Shown here: positions 48,854 through 58,325 of the stretch, piece after piece
Position numbering within the stretch: position 1 is the first letter of the stretch
Layout: each line of letters opens with the position of its first letter
Source of the DNA: an uncultured bacterium
GTDB taxonomy: Bacteria; Patescibacteriota; Microgenomatia; Levybacterales; UBA12049
DNA length: 64,000 bases
Assembly (NCBI GenBank): GCA_963826535.1
Contig: CAWGXL010000011.1
Location: forward strand, 642,080 to 706,079
Direction: 5' to 3'
Notes under the pieces: generated by a model
Seen by the model: the letters and a program-made list of their open reading frames with translations, nothing else
What the model was told of the DNA's origin: nothing
Database searches by the model: none
Translations under genes and position numbers: made by a program

Positions 48854-49951
48854 TTATTGTGTAGTAAATTCACCTCCCGGTCCTTCAAAGGGGGCATGGG
48901 TAACATTATCCGGGTATGTTGGAAACGGATAACCGGGATTACCTGATGGCGGAGGGGCTCCTATCTCAGCTTGACAGATTGTTTCAATTAGATTATCCAG
49001 AATTTCCGGTAAATTTACCGCATTTGAATCGGTTGCGAAGTAGTGTTCATCTGAGGGAGTAGACGCAATATTTTTCAGCAGGGCTTCGAGATATGGTTTC
49101 ATGGCCTGATCGCTTTGTGCTGTTTGGCTAAAAATACCTATAGAATAAATCGTGACTCCTAAATTTTTTATATCCGTAGCAAGGTTGACCGGTAAACGCG
49201 GGTCCTGTTCAATTGCGAAACAGCGGCCTTCCCCAGGACCACTACCCCATAACGGATCAGGGACGATCCCAGGCGGTTCCAGACAAGTTCTCGGTCCAGG
49301 ATTTTTCGGTATTTCCGGTACTCCGTCGCTTAAAAGAACCATATAGTATTTGTAACCGGAGAATTTATTCGATGCCATAGCTTCTGATATTTTTGTTTTT
49401 GCTAATTCAAAACCTTTTTTCATACTTGTCCACCCTTCAGCGCTTAAGCTATCGATATTAGCTTTAACTTGGGTTTTGTTATTTTTATAAAAATCAATCT
49501 TGGCTCTTTCTGTAGCGCTCGCGCTAAATGTTTGCATACCTATGACTGAAGAAGGGGACAGAAGTTTAATAAACGCCCGCAGCCCATCTTTCTCCTTGGT
49601 AATTTTATTGTCATCCTGCATTGAGGCAGATGTGTCGATGAGAAAATTTATGACAGAAGTTGAGCCGCAAGTGTTTACCTGAAAAGTTTTTAATTGTAGA
49701 TTTTTCTTGGAATCAGGGCCGGTTGAGGGAAATATTATTTTTTGCATATCCTGCGCGTCTTCACCGTAATAAGGGGGGAGAGTCGGGGGGCCTAAAGAGC
49801 TATTCGGATCTACCGGAAGAAATCCTCCACTAAGCAATGTCCCGATAGCTATTGCAAGAAACAGGATTACTCCTATATATAAATAGCCAATGCCTGGTGA
49901 TTTGGAGCCTTTGAGTGGTCTTCCACTTGATTCAGGATTTAGTCTTACCAT
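48854..49951 (-). CDS. Membrane-anchored vWA-domain protein
   Basis: N-terminal TM; MIDAS-like FLIDTSASM...T...LLSDGVPE. Confidence 0.45.
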   Translation of the reverse strand: MVRLNPESSGRPLKGSKSPGIGYLYIGVILFLAIAIGTLLSGGFLPVDPNSSLGPPTLPPYYGEDAQDMQKIIFPSTGPDSKKNLQLKTFQVNTCGSTSVINFLIDTSASMQDDNKITKEKDGLRAFIKLLSPSSVIGMQTFSASATERAKIDFYKNNKTQVKANIDSLSAEGWTSMKKGFELAKTKISEAMASNKFSGYKYYMVLLSDGVPEIPKNPGPRTCLEPPGIVPDPLWGSGPGEGRCFAIEQDPRLPVNLATDIKNLGVTIYSIGIFSQTAQSDQAMKPYLEALLKNIASTPSDEHYFATDSNAVNLPEILDNLIETICQAEIGAPPPSGNPGYPFPTYPDNVTHAPFEGPGGEFTTQ

Positions 49952-50439
49952 TATCGTGCAATACCGCCGCTGTTGCCTCCGCCGCTGTTGCCTCCGCCGC
50001 TGTTGCCTCCGCCGCTGCGAGGTGGGACAGGAGCAGAACCTCCATCGCCGTTACCGTTACTGTTACCTCCTCCGCTTCTGCTTCCTCCATCGTTACCACC
50101 ACTCCAGCTTTGTTGAGGTTGGGGCGGGGTGGTTGGAGATGGAGTTGGGGTATAAGTTGCTCCCGGGAATGTAAATAATTGTAAATTGTCCCGCGCATTA
50201 TCAGTAGTAGGGGGAGAGATGTTGACCGGTTGACCACTTTTTGGCGATACGCTAGTGATGGGTACGATATTGCCAATCATTGATGTTGCACCAAAGGCAA
50301 TTATTAATAGTGCAACAACGGCATATAGTGTTCCCGCACCCATTCCGCCTTTAAAAGTTCGCTTTTTTCTACTTGCTGATTTTAACTTATGTTTTGTACT
50401 GCGGGAATGATGTTTTACGCGGGCAGGTTTCTTTTTCAT
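49951..50439 (-). CDS. Small basic/TM/PT-rich/Gly-rich membrane protein, paralog A
   Basis: MKKKPARxKHHSRSTK...AGTLYAVVALLIIAFGATSMIGNIVP... followed by a (GGGNS)n tail. 80-90% identical to 52942..53331. Confidence 0.5.
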   Translation of the reverse strand: MKKKPARVKHHSRSTKHKLKSASRKKRTFKGGMGAGTLYAVVALLIIAFGATSMIGNIVPITSVSPKSGQPVNISPPTTDNARDNLQLFTFPGATYTPTPSPTTPPQPQQSWSGGNDGGSRSGGGNSNGNGDGGSAPVPPRSGGGNSGGGNSGGGNSGGIAR

Positions 50440-50509
50440 AAATCGTGATTTTTACAGCTTAAATTAGCGTAAAGAAAAATTATTGTTTTGTCAATAGTGA
50501 GAAAATTTT

Positions 50510-51912
50510 TGTTAGTTTAATTTTGAAACGTCATCCCCTTCGTCAAATAGAAATGTCATCTTCGCAAAATCCGCGGAATTAAGTATGATCGATATCATGT
50601 TTGGATGTCTGATACAAAATTTACTCCGGCAGAACAAGAAAAAGCTGTTATCCTCGTTTCCGTAATTGAAGGAAGAATTACAAATAGTCATGCCGCAAAA
50701 CAATTACGTTTATCCATCAGACAAATTCAACGGTCAAAAGCTGCAATACGTAAAGACGGTATAGTGCGTGTTGCTCATGGACTGAAGGGAAAACCAGGTA
50801 ATCATCATATCTCAGAAGACATTAAGAAAAGGTCACTTGAAGTGATTAAAGAAAAATATTCTGACTTCAAACCATCTTTTGCAACAGAAAAATTGAACGA
50901 AAATCATAGCATTAACATCAGTTATGGAACAACGAGATTATGGATGATTCAAGAAAAACTTTGGAAACCACATAAACAAAAACAAACCACCTATCGTTCC
51001 TTTCGGCCCAGAAAAGAGTCCTTCGGCGAACTCGTGCAATTTGACGGATCATACCACTACTGGTTTGAAAATAGATTTGTTGATACAAATGGCAATCCTA
51101 TTGAGGTTTGTCTTTTGGCAGCTATTGATGATGCGACAGGGAAAATCACAAGAGCTGAGTTTTTGGCAAATGAAGGCGTGGTTGCCGTTTTTACGTTTTG
51201 GAAAGGATACGTCGAACAAAAAGGTAAACCCTTGGCAATTTATCTGGATAAATTTTCCACCTACAAAATTAACCATAAAGCAGCAGTTGATAACAAAGAT
51301 CTTTTGACTCAGTTTCAAAGAGCAATGCATCAGTTGGATATCAACTCCATTCCTGCGAACTCGCCACAGGCCAAAGGCCGAATTGAACGATTGTTTAAAA
51401 CTTTGCAAGATCGGTTAGTGAAAGAACTGCGGTTGGCAAATATCAGTACGCCTTTTGATGGCAACAAATTTCTCGAAGAAATTTTCATTCCAAAGTTTAA
51501 TGCAAAATTTGCAGTTATTCCGGCAAAGATAGGAGATGTCCATAGACTATTGTTACAAAGAGAAAAAGAAAGTCTCTCGCATATTTTCTCCCATCACGAT
51601 ACAAGAAGAATAAATATGGATTTTACTATTCAGTTTAAAAACAATTGGTACCAATTAACTGAAATTCAACCAACCACTGTTAGACCGCTTATGATTGTTC
51701 TGATGGAAACCTGGCTTGATGGATCAGTCCACATTATACTCAAAGACTACGAACTGGCCTTCCACCTTTTACCTGAAAAACCAAAGAAGCAACGTATCAA
51801 ACAGCCGGTTATCTTAACAACGCATACCCTTAATTACAAACCGCCACCAAATCATCCTTGGAGAAAAAGATTGTTACCTGATAGGGGGTGACATTTCTAT
51901 TTTAAAATGACA
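50510..51912 (+). mobile_element. IS481-family insertion sequence, apparently intact, flanked by a 15-bp target-site duplication TAGTGAGAAAATTTT (50495..50509 and 51913..51927)
   Basis: Ends TGTTAGTTTAA... / ...TTTTAAAATGACA with imperfect inverted repeats containing AAATAGAAATGTCA/TGACATTTCTATTT. The direct repeats lie immediately outside both ends. Confidence 0.75.
50605..51891 (+). CDS. DDE transposase (IS481 family, rve integrase core with N-terminal HTH)
   Basis: N-terminal HTH; catalytic D (QFDGS), D (AAIDDATG) and the SPQAKGRIERLFKTL motif (E) typical of IS481/retroviral-integrase-like transposases. Confidence 0.8.
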   Translation: MSDTKFTPAEQEKAVILVSVIEGRITNSHAAKQLRLSIRQIQRSKAAIRKDGIVRVAHGLKGKPGNHHISEDIKKRSLEVIKEKYSDFKPSFATEKLNENHSINISYGTTRLWMIQEKLWKPHKQKQTTYRSFRPRKESFGELVQFDGSYHYWFENRFVDTNGNPIEVCLLAAIDDATGKITRAEFLANEGVVAVFTFWKGYVEQKGKPLAIYLDKFSTYKINHKAAVDNKDLLTQFQRAMHQLDINSIPANSPQAKGRIERLFKTLQDRLVKELRLANISTPFDGNKFLEEIFIPKFNAKFAVIPAKIGDVHRLLLQREKESLSHIFSHHDTRRINMDFTIQFKNNWYQLTEIQPTTVRPLMIVLMETWLDGSVHIILKDYELAFHLLPEKPKKQRIKQPVILTTHTLNYKPPPNHPWRKRLLPDRG

Positions 51913-52092
51913 TAGTGAGAAAATTTTATCGGCGGTTTCTCTCCATTTTATGTATTACAATATTTGTAGACCACACAAGACGCTTAATCTTAAAAAGATT
52001 CTAGGAATAACTCCAGCTATGGCTTCAGACGAAGGAAACAAAAGTTGGAAGTTTGAAGAAATAATAGGGTTAACTATATGGGCCTCTACCAC

Positions 52093-52458
52093 CTACAGAG
52101 TCGCTCCGGCGATTATGTTAGTGATATAACGTCTTTTGCCATCCTCCGTATTATTGTTAATAGCATCCAAAACTCTCATTTGCTCTTTTTCGTTGTCTAA
52201 GTGCATTACTTCATCTTTGATCATTTGTTCTATTTCTCTAAATTTGCTTTGCTGATGGGTTTTTAATGCCTCTATAAAAGCGTTTTTAATTTTGCTACTT
52301 TTCTTAGGATCCTTCTTTAGGAGTTCTATCAGTTTTCGTTGCGCTGTAAATGACTGTGTTATTTTGTAGATCGAGCGAGAAATTCCGAAAAAGCCAAGCG
52401 CAAGAAGCACAAAAATAAAACCATTTGTAAGATAGAGTGGTATATCAAAAGTTGCCAT
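52093..52458 (-). CDS. Hypothetical membrane protein
   Basis: N-terminal TM followed by a charged helical region. Confidence 0.35.
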   Translation of the reverse strand: MATFDIPLYLTNGFIFVLLALGFFGISRSIYKITQSFTAQRKLIELLKKDPKKSSKIKNAFIEALKTHQQSKFREIEQMIKDEVMHLDNEKEQMRVLDAINNNTEDGKRRYITNIIAGATL

Positions 52459-52460
52459 AG

Positions 52461-52868
52461 TTAAAGTTTCCCAAACTCGAAAAAGCGCTGTCCTTTAATC
52501 AAGTGCCGGTCATATCTTTCCAGAAGATGCCATATCATTATAATACAGGTAATTGTAATGATACAAATACCAATTATATCCGAGTTGCTGATATGCGTAT
52601 AGATTGAAGAATCAATAATACCGAAGAATAACCCTATTATAAGTTGGAAAAGGTCATTGGATGTCGATCCAATTCCGATTACGAGAATTGCGACAGCAAG
52701 GGCTATAGATTTTACCGATACAAAATATGTTCCAGTTGAAAGATATTCAAGCAATAATGGGAAAAGAGGTAGTAAAATGATGAAGATAAAAGAGAAACTG
52801 AAACTTCTCCAACCTGAATCTGTGTTGCGCGCATTCGTCTCCTCTATGCTTCTTAATGCGGACTTCAT
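52461..52868 (-). CDS. Hypothetical polytopic membrane protein
   Basis: Three or four predicted TM helices. Confidence 0.35.
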   Translation of the reverse strand: MKSALRSIEETNARNTDSGWRSFSFSFIFIILLPLFPLLLEYLSTGTYFVSVKSIALAVAILVIGIGSTSNDLFQLIIGLFFGIIDSSIYTHISNSDIIGICIITITCIIMIWHLLERYDRHLIKGQRFFEFGKL

Positions 52869-52941
52869 TTATCTCCATATTGTAAAATACTTGTGTGCAT
52901 TTAACAAGCCGTAATTTTCAAATTGACCACTACCAAAATTT

Positions 52942-53331
52942 TTATCTTGCGATTCCTCCTGAGTTTGTGTTGCCTCCGGCAGGAGCAGAATGGCCTCCGC
53001 TGCCACTTCCACCGCTATTGCTCCAGCTTTGTTGCGGTTGTGGAGGGGTTGTTGGAGACGGAGTTGGTGTATAGGTTGCTCCGGGGAAGGTAAACAATTG
53101 TAAATTATCCCGCGCATTGTCAGTGTCGGGAGGAGAGACATTTACCGGTTGTCCACTCCCCGGTGATTTGCTTGTTAGAGGTACGATATTGCCAATCATT
53201 GAAGTTGCGCCAAAGGCAATTATTAATAGTGCAACAACGGCATATAATGTTCCCGCTCCCATACTTCCTCTGGAGGGACGATTTTTTGTGCTGCGTGAGT
53301 GATGCTTTGAGCGGGCAGGTTTCTTTTTCAT
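52942..53331 (-). CDS. Small basic/TM/PT-rich/Gly-rich membrane protein, paralog B
   Basis: Near-identical N-terminal 90 aa to paralog A; a shorter Gly-rich tail. Confidence 0.5.
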   Translation of the reverse strand: MKKKPARSKHHSRSTKNRPSRGSMGAGTLYAVVALLIIAFGATSMIGNIVPLTSKSPGSGQPVNVSPPDTDNARDNLQLFTFPGATYTPTPSPTTPPQPQQSWSNSGGSGSGGHSAPAGGNTNSGGIAR

Positions 53332-53394
53332 AAAATTTATTTACTTAAAATAAGCCTAGAGAAAAGAAGTGGATTTGTCAATAATGAGAAATTC

Positions 53395-53778
53395 TTATTT
53401 ATGTATGCGGTTTTTTAATAATGTATCTTTTACTATAGATACAATCTCCATAGGGAGAAAATGGCTTTTAATTAAATATTGAGCTGCGCCAAGGTTAATT
53501 GCTCGTGCTTCCTGATCACTCTCAGCGATATTTGATAGCATAATTACAGTTATATTTTTAGTTTCTTCATCTGTTTTTAATCTTTCAAGGGTTTGTAGCC
53601 CATTCATTTTTGGCATCATTACATCCATGAGAATGAGGTCAGGATTAATAGTTTTTACTCTTTGCAGGCATTCTTGTCCGTCCTGCGCTACTTCGATAGT
53701 AAAATTTGCATGGGTGAATGTAATGGTGTAGATGTCGATTAGAGCCTGGTCGTCTTCTACAAGAAGTATTTTATCCAT
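53395..53778 (-). CDS. Stand-alone response-regulator receiver domain (CheY-like)
   Basis: ILLVEDD...LILMDVMMPKMNG...K motifs (D-D-T/K set); no output domain. Confidence 0.75.
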   Translation of the reverse strand: MDKILLVEDDQALIDIYTITFTHANFTIEVAQDGQECLQRVKTINPDLILMDVMMPKMNGLQTLERLKTDEETKNITVIMLSNIAESDQEARAINLGAAQYLIKSHFLPMEIVSIVKDTLLKNRIHK

Positions 53779-53783
53779 AATTT

Positions 53784-55427
53784 TTAGTTTACTCCAGTTG
53801 TGTTGGGAATAGCAATATCCAGTTGATAGGCAGGAAGTGAGAGTGAAAATGTTGATCCTTTTCCTTCTTCAGTATTTTCCAATTTAATTGTACCTTGCAT
53901 TTTTTCAGCTAGTAATTTGGAAATATATAGTCCTAGACCCGTGCTTATAATGTTGCGGGGTTTATTTGGATCGGTTTGTTGGAATTTACTGAAGAGTAGA
54001 TTGATCATTTCTTTTGACATACCTTTCCCAGTGTCTGTAATAGAGATTTTATATTTAGCATCCGGCGTATTTTCCAGGCCCGAGTTTCGCACTTGGCGCA
54101 TTGCTGCGTCAGGATCTGCGGTGCTCGACAAAGTACTTCCATTGTACGTTTTACTCCGCTCCTCGATCCTCCCGCCCCTGTCAAGCAGGCGGCCTCGGAC
54201 TTCGTCCTCCGGCCCTTGCACTGCATCCAATTGCGTAACTCGGTCTAAGCTTATGGTAATTCCTCCTTGTTCGGTATATTTAAGCGCATTACTTATGAGA
54301 TTTATAAGTATTTGTTTGATTTTGTCTTTGTCTCCGAGTACAGCTGCGTTGGCTTCCGGATTGCTAAAATTGATATATAGTTTTTTTTCTACAGCAATAG
54401 AGCTTGTCTCTTTTATGCTTGAGTTAATAATTGTGATTAAATCACACGGATCTTTGCGTATTACTATTTTATCAGGTTCAAGCTTTGATGTTTCCAGGAA
54501 ATCGTTGACTATATTTACGAGCCGGGTACTGGATATATCAATATCGTTTATTATCCTTTTTAGTTGTTCGTCTTTAATATTTTCAAAATATAATTGTTTG
54601 ATTATCGCGATGTATCCTTTAATTCCTGTGAGTGGTGTGCGTAATTCATGCGAAGCAATTATAAAAAAGTTTTCTCTCGATCGTTTAATTAGTATTTCTT
54701 CGGTTTTATCCTCAATCAGAATTGCAACTCCAGTCGTGTCAGGCATATTGCTTCCACTCGCAATAATGGGAGAAATGAAAATATTTGTATATTTATTGTC
54801 TACACGAATATCTTCAAATATAAGTGCTTCCCCATTTTTTAATACATCTTCTGTGCATTGCAGAAAATTTATTTTTCCGGTTACATGTAATTGTAGATCT
54901 TGTAATTTTAAGATTGTATCAGATTGTTGAAATGAAAATAGATTTTTGGCTGCATTGTTGACAAAAATTATATTTTTTTTATTGTCTGTCATAATGAATC
55001 CGAGGCTGAAATTGTTGATGGCTGAATGTAGGCGGGCATGTTCAACATGCAAATCGGACGTTCCTTCTAGCACTTTTTGAATGATCGTTTGTTTTTCTTT
55101 TTCTAAATTTTGTTCCAAATTCTGCCGGAGAGTGTCGATATCCGCAATTTCTTTTATTTTTTCCTGCAATAATGCATTGTATTTATTCGTATCATCAGTT
55201 TTTTTTACTGCTTCTACCATTTCTAATATTATCGGAGTAATAAAAGATGGGTCGGTTAAAGATTGGCGTTGGCGTCTTGAGAGAAATATAAAAAGAAAGA
55301 TAGGGAAAATTATAATTAGCAAATAGATAATAGTGAATGTCCCTAAGAGAGAACTTCCTTCACCGAAGGGTCTTGAAAGACTAATGGCAGAATAAAGAGA
55401 TGTATAGTGATCCAGGTTTGACGACAT
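53784..55427 (-). CDS. Sensor histidine kinase (TM + PAS-like + HisKA + HATPase) with a ~55-aa insertion in the ATPase domain
   Basis: H-box SHELRTPLTGIKGY; N/G boxes. The insertion lies between GGITISL and ISITDTGKGM, compared with the paralog at 55429..56979. Confidence 0.8.
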   Translation of the reverse strand: MSSNLDHYTSLYSAISLSRPFGEGSSLLGTFTIIYLLIIIFPIFLFIFLSRRQRQSLTDPSFITPIILEMVEAVKKTDDTNKYNALLQEKIKEIADIDTLRQNLEQNLEKEKQTIIQKVLEGTSDLHVEHARLHSAINNFSLGFIMTDNKKNIIFVNNAAKNLFSFQQSDTILKLQDLQLHVTGKINFLQCTEDVLKNGEALIFEDIRVDNKYTNIFISPIIASGSNMPDTTGVAILIEDKTEEILIKRSRENFFIIASHELRTPLTGIKGYIAIIKQLYFENIKDEQLKRIINDIDISSTRLVNIVNDFLETSKLEPDKIVIRKDPCDLITIINSSIKETSSIAVEKKLYINFSNPEANAAVLGDKDKIKQILINLISNALKYTEQGGITISLDRVTQLDAVQGPEDEVRGRLLDRGGRIEERSKTYNGSTLSSTADPDAAMRQVRNSGLENTPDAKYKISITDTGKGMSKEMINLLFSKFQQTDPNKPRNIISTGLGLYISKLLAEKMQGTIKLENTEEGKGSTFSLSLPAYQLDIAIPNTTGVN

Positions 55428-55428
55428 A

Positions 55429-56979
55429 TTATTGAGTTTTTATCGGAACTGTAAAAGAGAATGTTGAGCCTTTGTTAATTGCTGTTTTTTCAAGTTGAAT
55501 CGTACCTCCCATTTTTTCAACTAATAATTTTGCTATATATAGGCCTAAGCCTGCGCCTTCCTGTCTAGTTAACAGACTTTCTTCAGCTTGTTGAAATTTA
55601 GTAAAGAGAAGGGTTCTGTTTAGTTCTGGGATACCTATTCCGGTATCCTGGACAATTATTTTGGCAAAATTTAATTGGTTTTGGATCGAGATGTAAATCC
55701 CTCCAATTTGAGTAAATTTTACAGCGTTTGCGATAAGAATTGTTAGCACTTGTATGAGCCTTGTCTGGTCGCCAACGACTGTAATCGGAGCCGGAGGGGA
55801 TTCAAATTTGATATATAAATTTTTTTCCAATGCCAGCTTTTCAGTTTCGTTTATAGCTTCATGGATAATAGTGTAGAGGCTACAATCGTCTTTTTTTAAT
55901 TCAATTTTATCTTGTTCAAGCCTTGAGGAGTCAAGAAAGTTGTTAACACTTAGAGACAGTTTTCTGCTTAATATACCTATGTTGTTAATTATATTTTTTA
56001 ATTCATCGTTTTGAAGGTCATTAAAATATATCTGCTTTATAAGCGAGGCATAACCATAAATTGCTGTCAAAGGAGTGCGTAATTCATGTGAAGCTATACT
56101 GAAGATATTTTCTTTTGATTCTTCAAGATTGTGCCGCTTACTTTTATCTTCAATTATAATAACACTGCCTAGGCAGTCTGAACCAGCTACTCCTGCGGGC
56201 AGGCCTGTTTGTTCTGAGATAATGGGGGATATGAAAATATTGACGTACTTAGAATTGGCTGATATATCGGACAAGGTGATATGTTTTTTCTCCAGTTGTG
56301 ATTTTTCTAATACACTTTGAAGATTCCTTCCTATTTGTTCTGATTCCTGCAATTGCTTTATAGATTTGGAAATCGTTGCAAGTGATGGAAGGATGTTGTT
56401 CGCGGCGAGATTGTTTAGCAATATATTGTTGTGAATGTCTGTCATGATAAAACCCAGACTTAAATTGTTAATTGAGGCTAAGAGTTTTGTATATTCTTCT
56501 TTAAATTCATGGATTTGTTGATTTACCAAATCACCCGATGATTGTTTTTCTTTTTCTAATTTTTGCTGAAGTTGACTGAGGTTGTTGTTTTTTTGTTCTT
56601 TTTCCTGAGTTTTTTCTTCAAGTGTTTTTATGAAGCTTTTTATTTCAGATAAGTCTTTGAGGATATAAATATATCCGATTGTTCGTTTGGATTTATCACA
56701 GATTTTTTTTAAAGAAATCTGAACCGGAATTTTGTTGTTGTTGGCATCTATACAGTTTATTTCTGTTATGTTGGTTTCTAATTGATTGATTTGGGGGAAG
56801 ACGTAGTTTTCGAGGAGTTCGTTTAGTTTTTTCTTAAGGATTTCTTGGGTTTTGTATTTGAATAGAATTTCTGCGGCGGGATTGGCGAATTGGATGTTGA
56901 AATCGGGGTCTAAGCCAATAACCGCAACGCTTATTTTTTCCAGGATAGACGGTAAGGATGTTTTGGGATTTATTTGCAT
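55429..56979 (-). CDS. Sensor histidine kinase (PAS + HisKA + HATPase), cytoplasmic
   Basis: H-box SHELRTPLTAIYGY; G-boxes DTGIGI and GLGL. Confidence 0.8.
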   Translation of the reverse strand: MQINPKTSLPSILEKISVAVIGLDPDFNIQFANPAAEILFKYKTQEILKKKLNELLENYVFPQINQLETNITEINCIDANNNKIPVQISLKKICDKSKRTIGYIYILKDLSEIKSFIKTLEEKTQEKEQKNNNLSQLQQKLEKEKQSSGDLVNQQIHEFKEEYTKLLASINNLSLGFIMTDIHNNILLNNLAANNILPSLATISKSIKQLQESEQIGRNLQSVLEKSQLEKKHITLSDISANSKYVNIFISPIISEQTGLPAGVAGSDCLGSVIIIEDKSKRHNLEESKENIFSIASHELRTPLTAIYGYASLIKQIYFNDLQNDELKNIINNIGILSRKLSLSVNNFLDSSRLEQDKIELKKDDCSLYTIIHEAINETEKLALEKNLYIKFESPPAPITVVGDQTRLIQVLTILIANAVKFTQIGGIYISIQNQLNFAKIIVQDTGIGIPELNRTLLFTKFQQAEESLLTRQEGAGLGLYIAKLLVEKMGGTIQLEKTAINKGSTFSFTVPIKTQ

Positions 56980-57039
56980 AGATTGGTGATATATTACATT
57001 ATTTCTTAATTTGGGTTTTTATTCAAGAAGCTTAATATT

Positions 57040-58155
57040 TTATTGGGTGAATTTGAAGGTGGAGAGGATTTTTAAAATTGTACTTTTTGAGTCTTCATAA
57101 TCCTTTAAAGATTCTTGCCCGGAAGCAGGGTAACCTGTCCCAAATATTAAATAGAGAGGTGGGATTGTGTCAGTTTTAAAGCCAACATAAACATTGGAGT
57201 TATTTATTGTAGTTTCTTCGACCGTATACATTGTGTCAAATACTTCCAGTTGGATAAATTTTGATGTTGCCTCTACAGGTCCGGATTGTCCAAAAGGGTA
57301 ATTAGAGTCTGAAATTTTAATTTCAACTGTGCTTGCCGCATTTGTGATGCTAACAGTATTTAGGTAATCACTTATCGCAACTTTCCAGTCTGATGGATAT
57401 TTAAAGCTATACCCGTTCGCTGTAAATGATTTCCAATCGCTTATATCAGTTGTTTGGTCGAGGAATTTGAAGGTGGAAAGGATTTGGTCAAAAAGTGCTT
57501 CATTTTTTCCATCACCATAATACCCCAACTCAATTTTGAACTTCTTGTCTTCCAAGTAAACAATTAAAGCCTTAAATGGTTCTCCAGGATATATATTCCT
57601 TTCTGACAGAAGAGAAACAGCTTGTTTATTTTGAAAAGTCGTTTTGGTAGGATTAGTTCTTTGCGTGTCAAATTCTATTTCTTTGTTAAGACCCAAAGAT
57701 GATATTCCCCCAATCTCTACTTCCAAATACTCTTCTTTTTTGTCCGTAAAATAAATAATAAATACTTGAGGTGCGTTTTCTGGAGTTATAGTGATTAATG
57801 CCTCTGGATATTTAAGTTGGTAACCATAATCAGTATTAGTAAACGTTTTCCAGTTTTTTGTTGGATCTTCGATTGATGTTGGAGTCAGAGGAGAAGTGGG
57901 GATGGATTGGGTTGGCGCAATTGGTTGCGGAGTTTGTGACGGAGTGGCTGTGTTATTTACGACGAAGTAGACTCCAGCTAAAACTATGATAAGAAAGAGG
58001 GGCGGAATTAGCGGGAAGTACTTACCGTAATTTTCCAAAAATGTACGCGCATGCAGGAGTTTTTCTTCAGGAGGAGCATGTTGTTTTTGTACTGGATCTG
58101 TAGGTGCAGGATTATCCATGACTATAGTATTCGCTAAATCAGTAGAGCTTGTCAA
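57040..58155 (-). CDS. Membrane-anchored protein with two repeated extracellular domains
   Basis: Single TM after a ~50-aa cytoplasmic N-terminus. Internal duplication (…TNTDYGYQLKYP… / …FTANGYSFKYP…). Confidence 0.4.
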   Translation of the reverse strand: MTSSTDLANTIVMDNPAPTDPVQKQHAPPEEKLLHARTFLENYGKYFPLIPPLFLIIVLAGVYFVVNNTATPSQTPQPIAPTQSIPTSPLTPTSIEDPTKNWKTFTNTDYGYQLKYPEALITITPENAPQVFIIYFTDKKEEYLEVEIGGISSLGLNKEIEFDTQRTNPTKTTFQNKQAVSLLSERNIYPGEPFKALIVYLEDKKFKIELGYYGDGKNEALFDQILSTFKFLDQTTDISDWKSFTANGYSFKYPSDWKVAISDYLNTVSITNAASTVEIKISDSNYPFGQSGPVEATSKFIQLEVFDTMYTVEETTINNSNVYVGFKTDTIPPLYLIFGTGYPASGQESLKDYEDSKSTILKILSTFKFTQ

Positions 58156-58325
58156 TAATTTTGCATTGTTGCAGAATTTATTGCACTCGGGTATAATGCT
58201 ATTTATCTTAACACATTCGGTTTGATTCCCTCTGCGGATAAGTCTAGCAGTAATATTTTGAGCCGGGTGGATGATGCCCGCCTTTGCTCCTTTGGAGCTA
58301 CGGCGAGGTAAAAAAGGGAACTATT

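Noticed and set aside
49966-50025. Regularly spaced 15-bp repeats that might suggest a CRISPR array
   Set aside because: The repeats are perfect tandem copies without spacers, lie in frame inside a gene, and encode a Gly-Gly-Asn-Ser-Gly repeat. No cas genes are present.
52869-53141. 90-aa minus-strand ORF overlapping paralog B
   Set aside because: It is an alternate frame of the PT/Gly-rich coding sequence of 52942..53331, and it is also duplicated antisense at 49932..50276.
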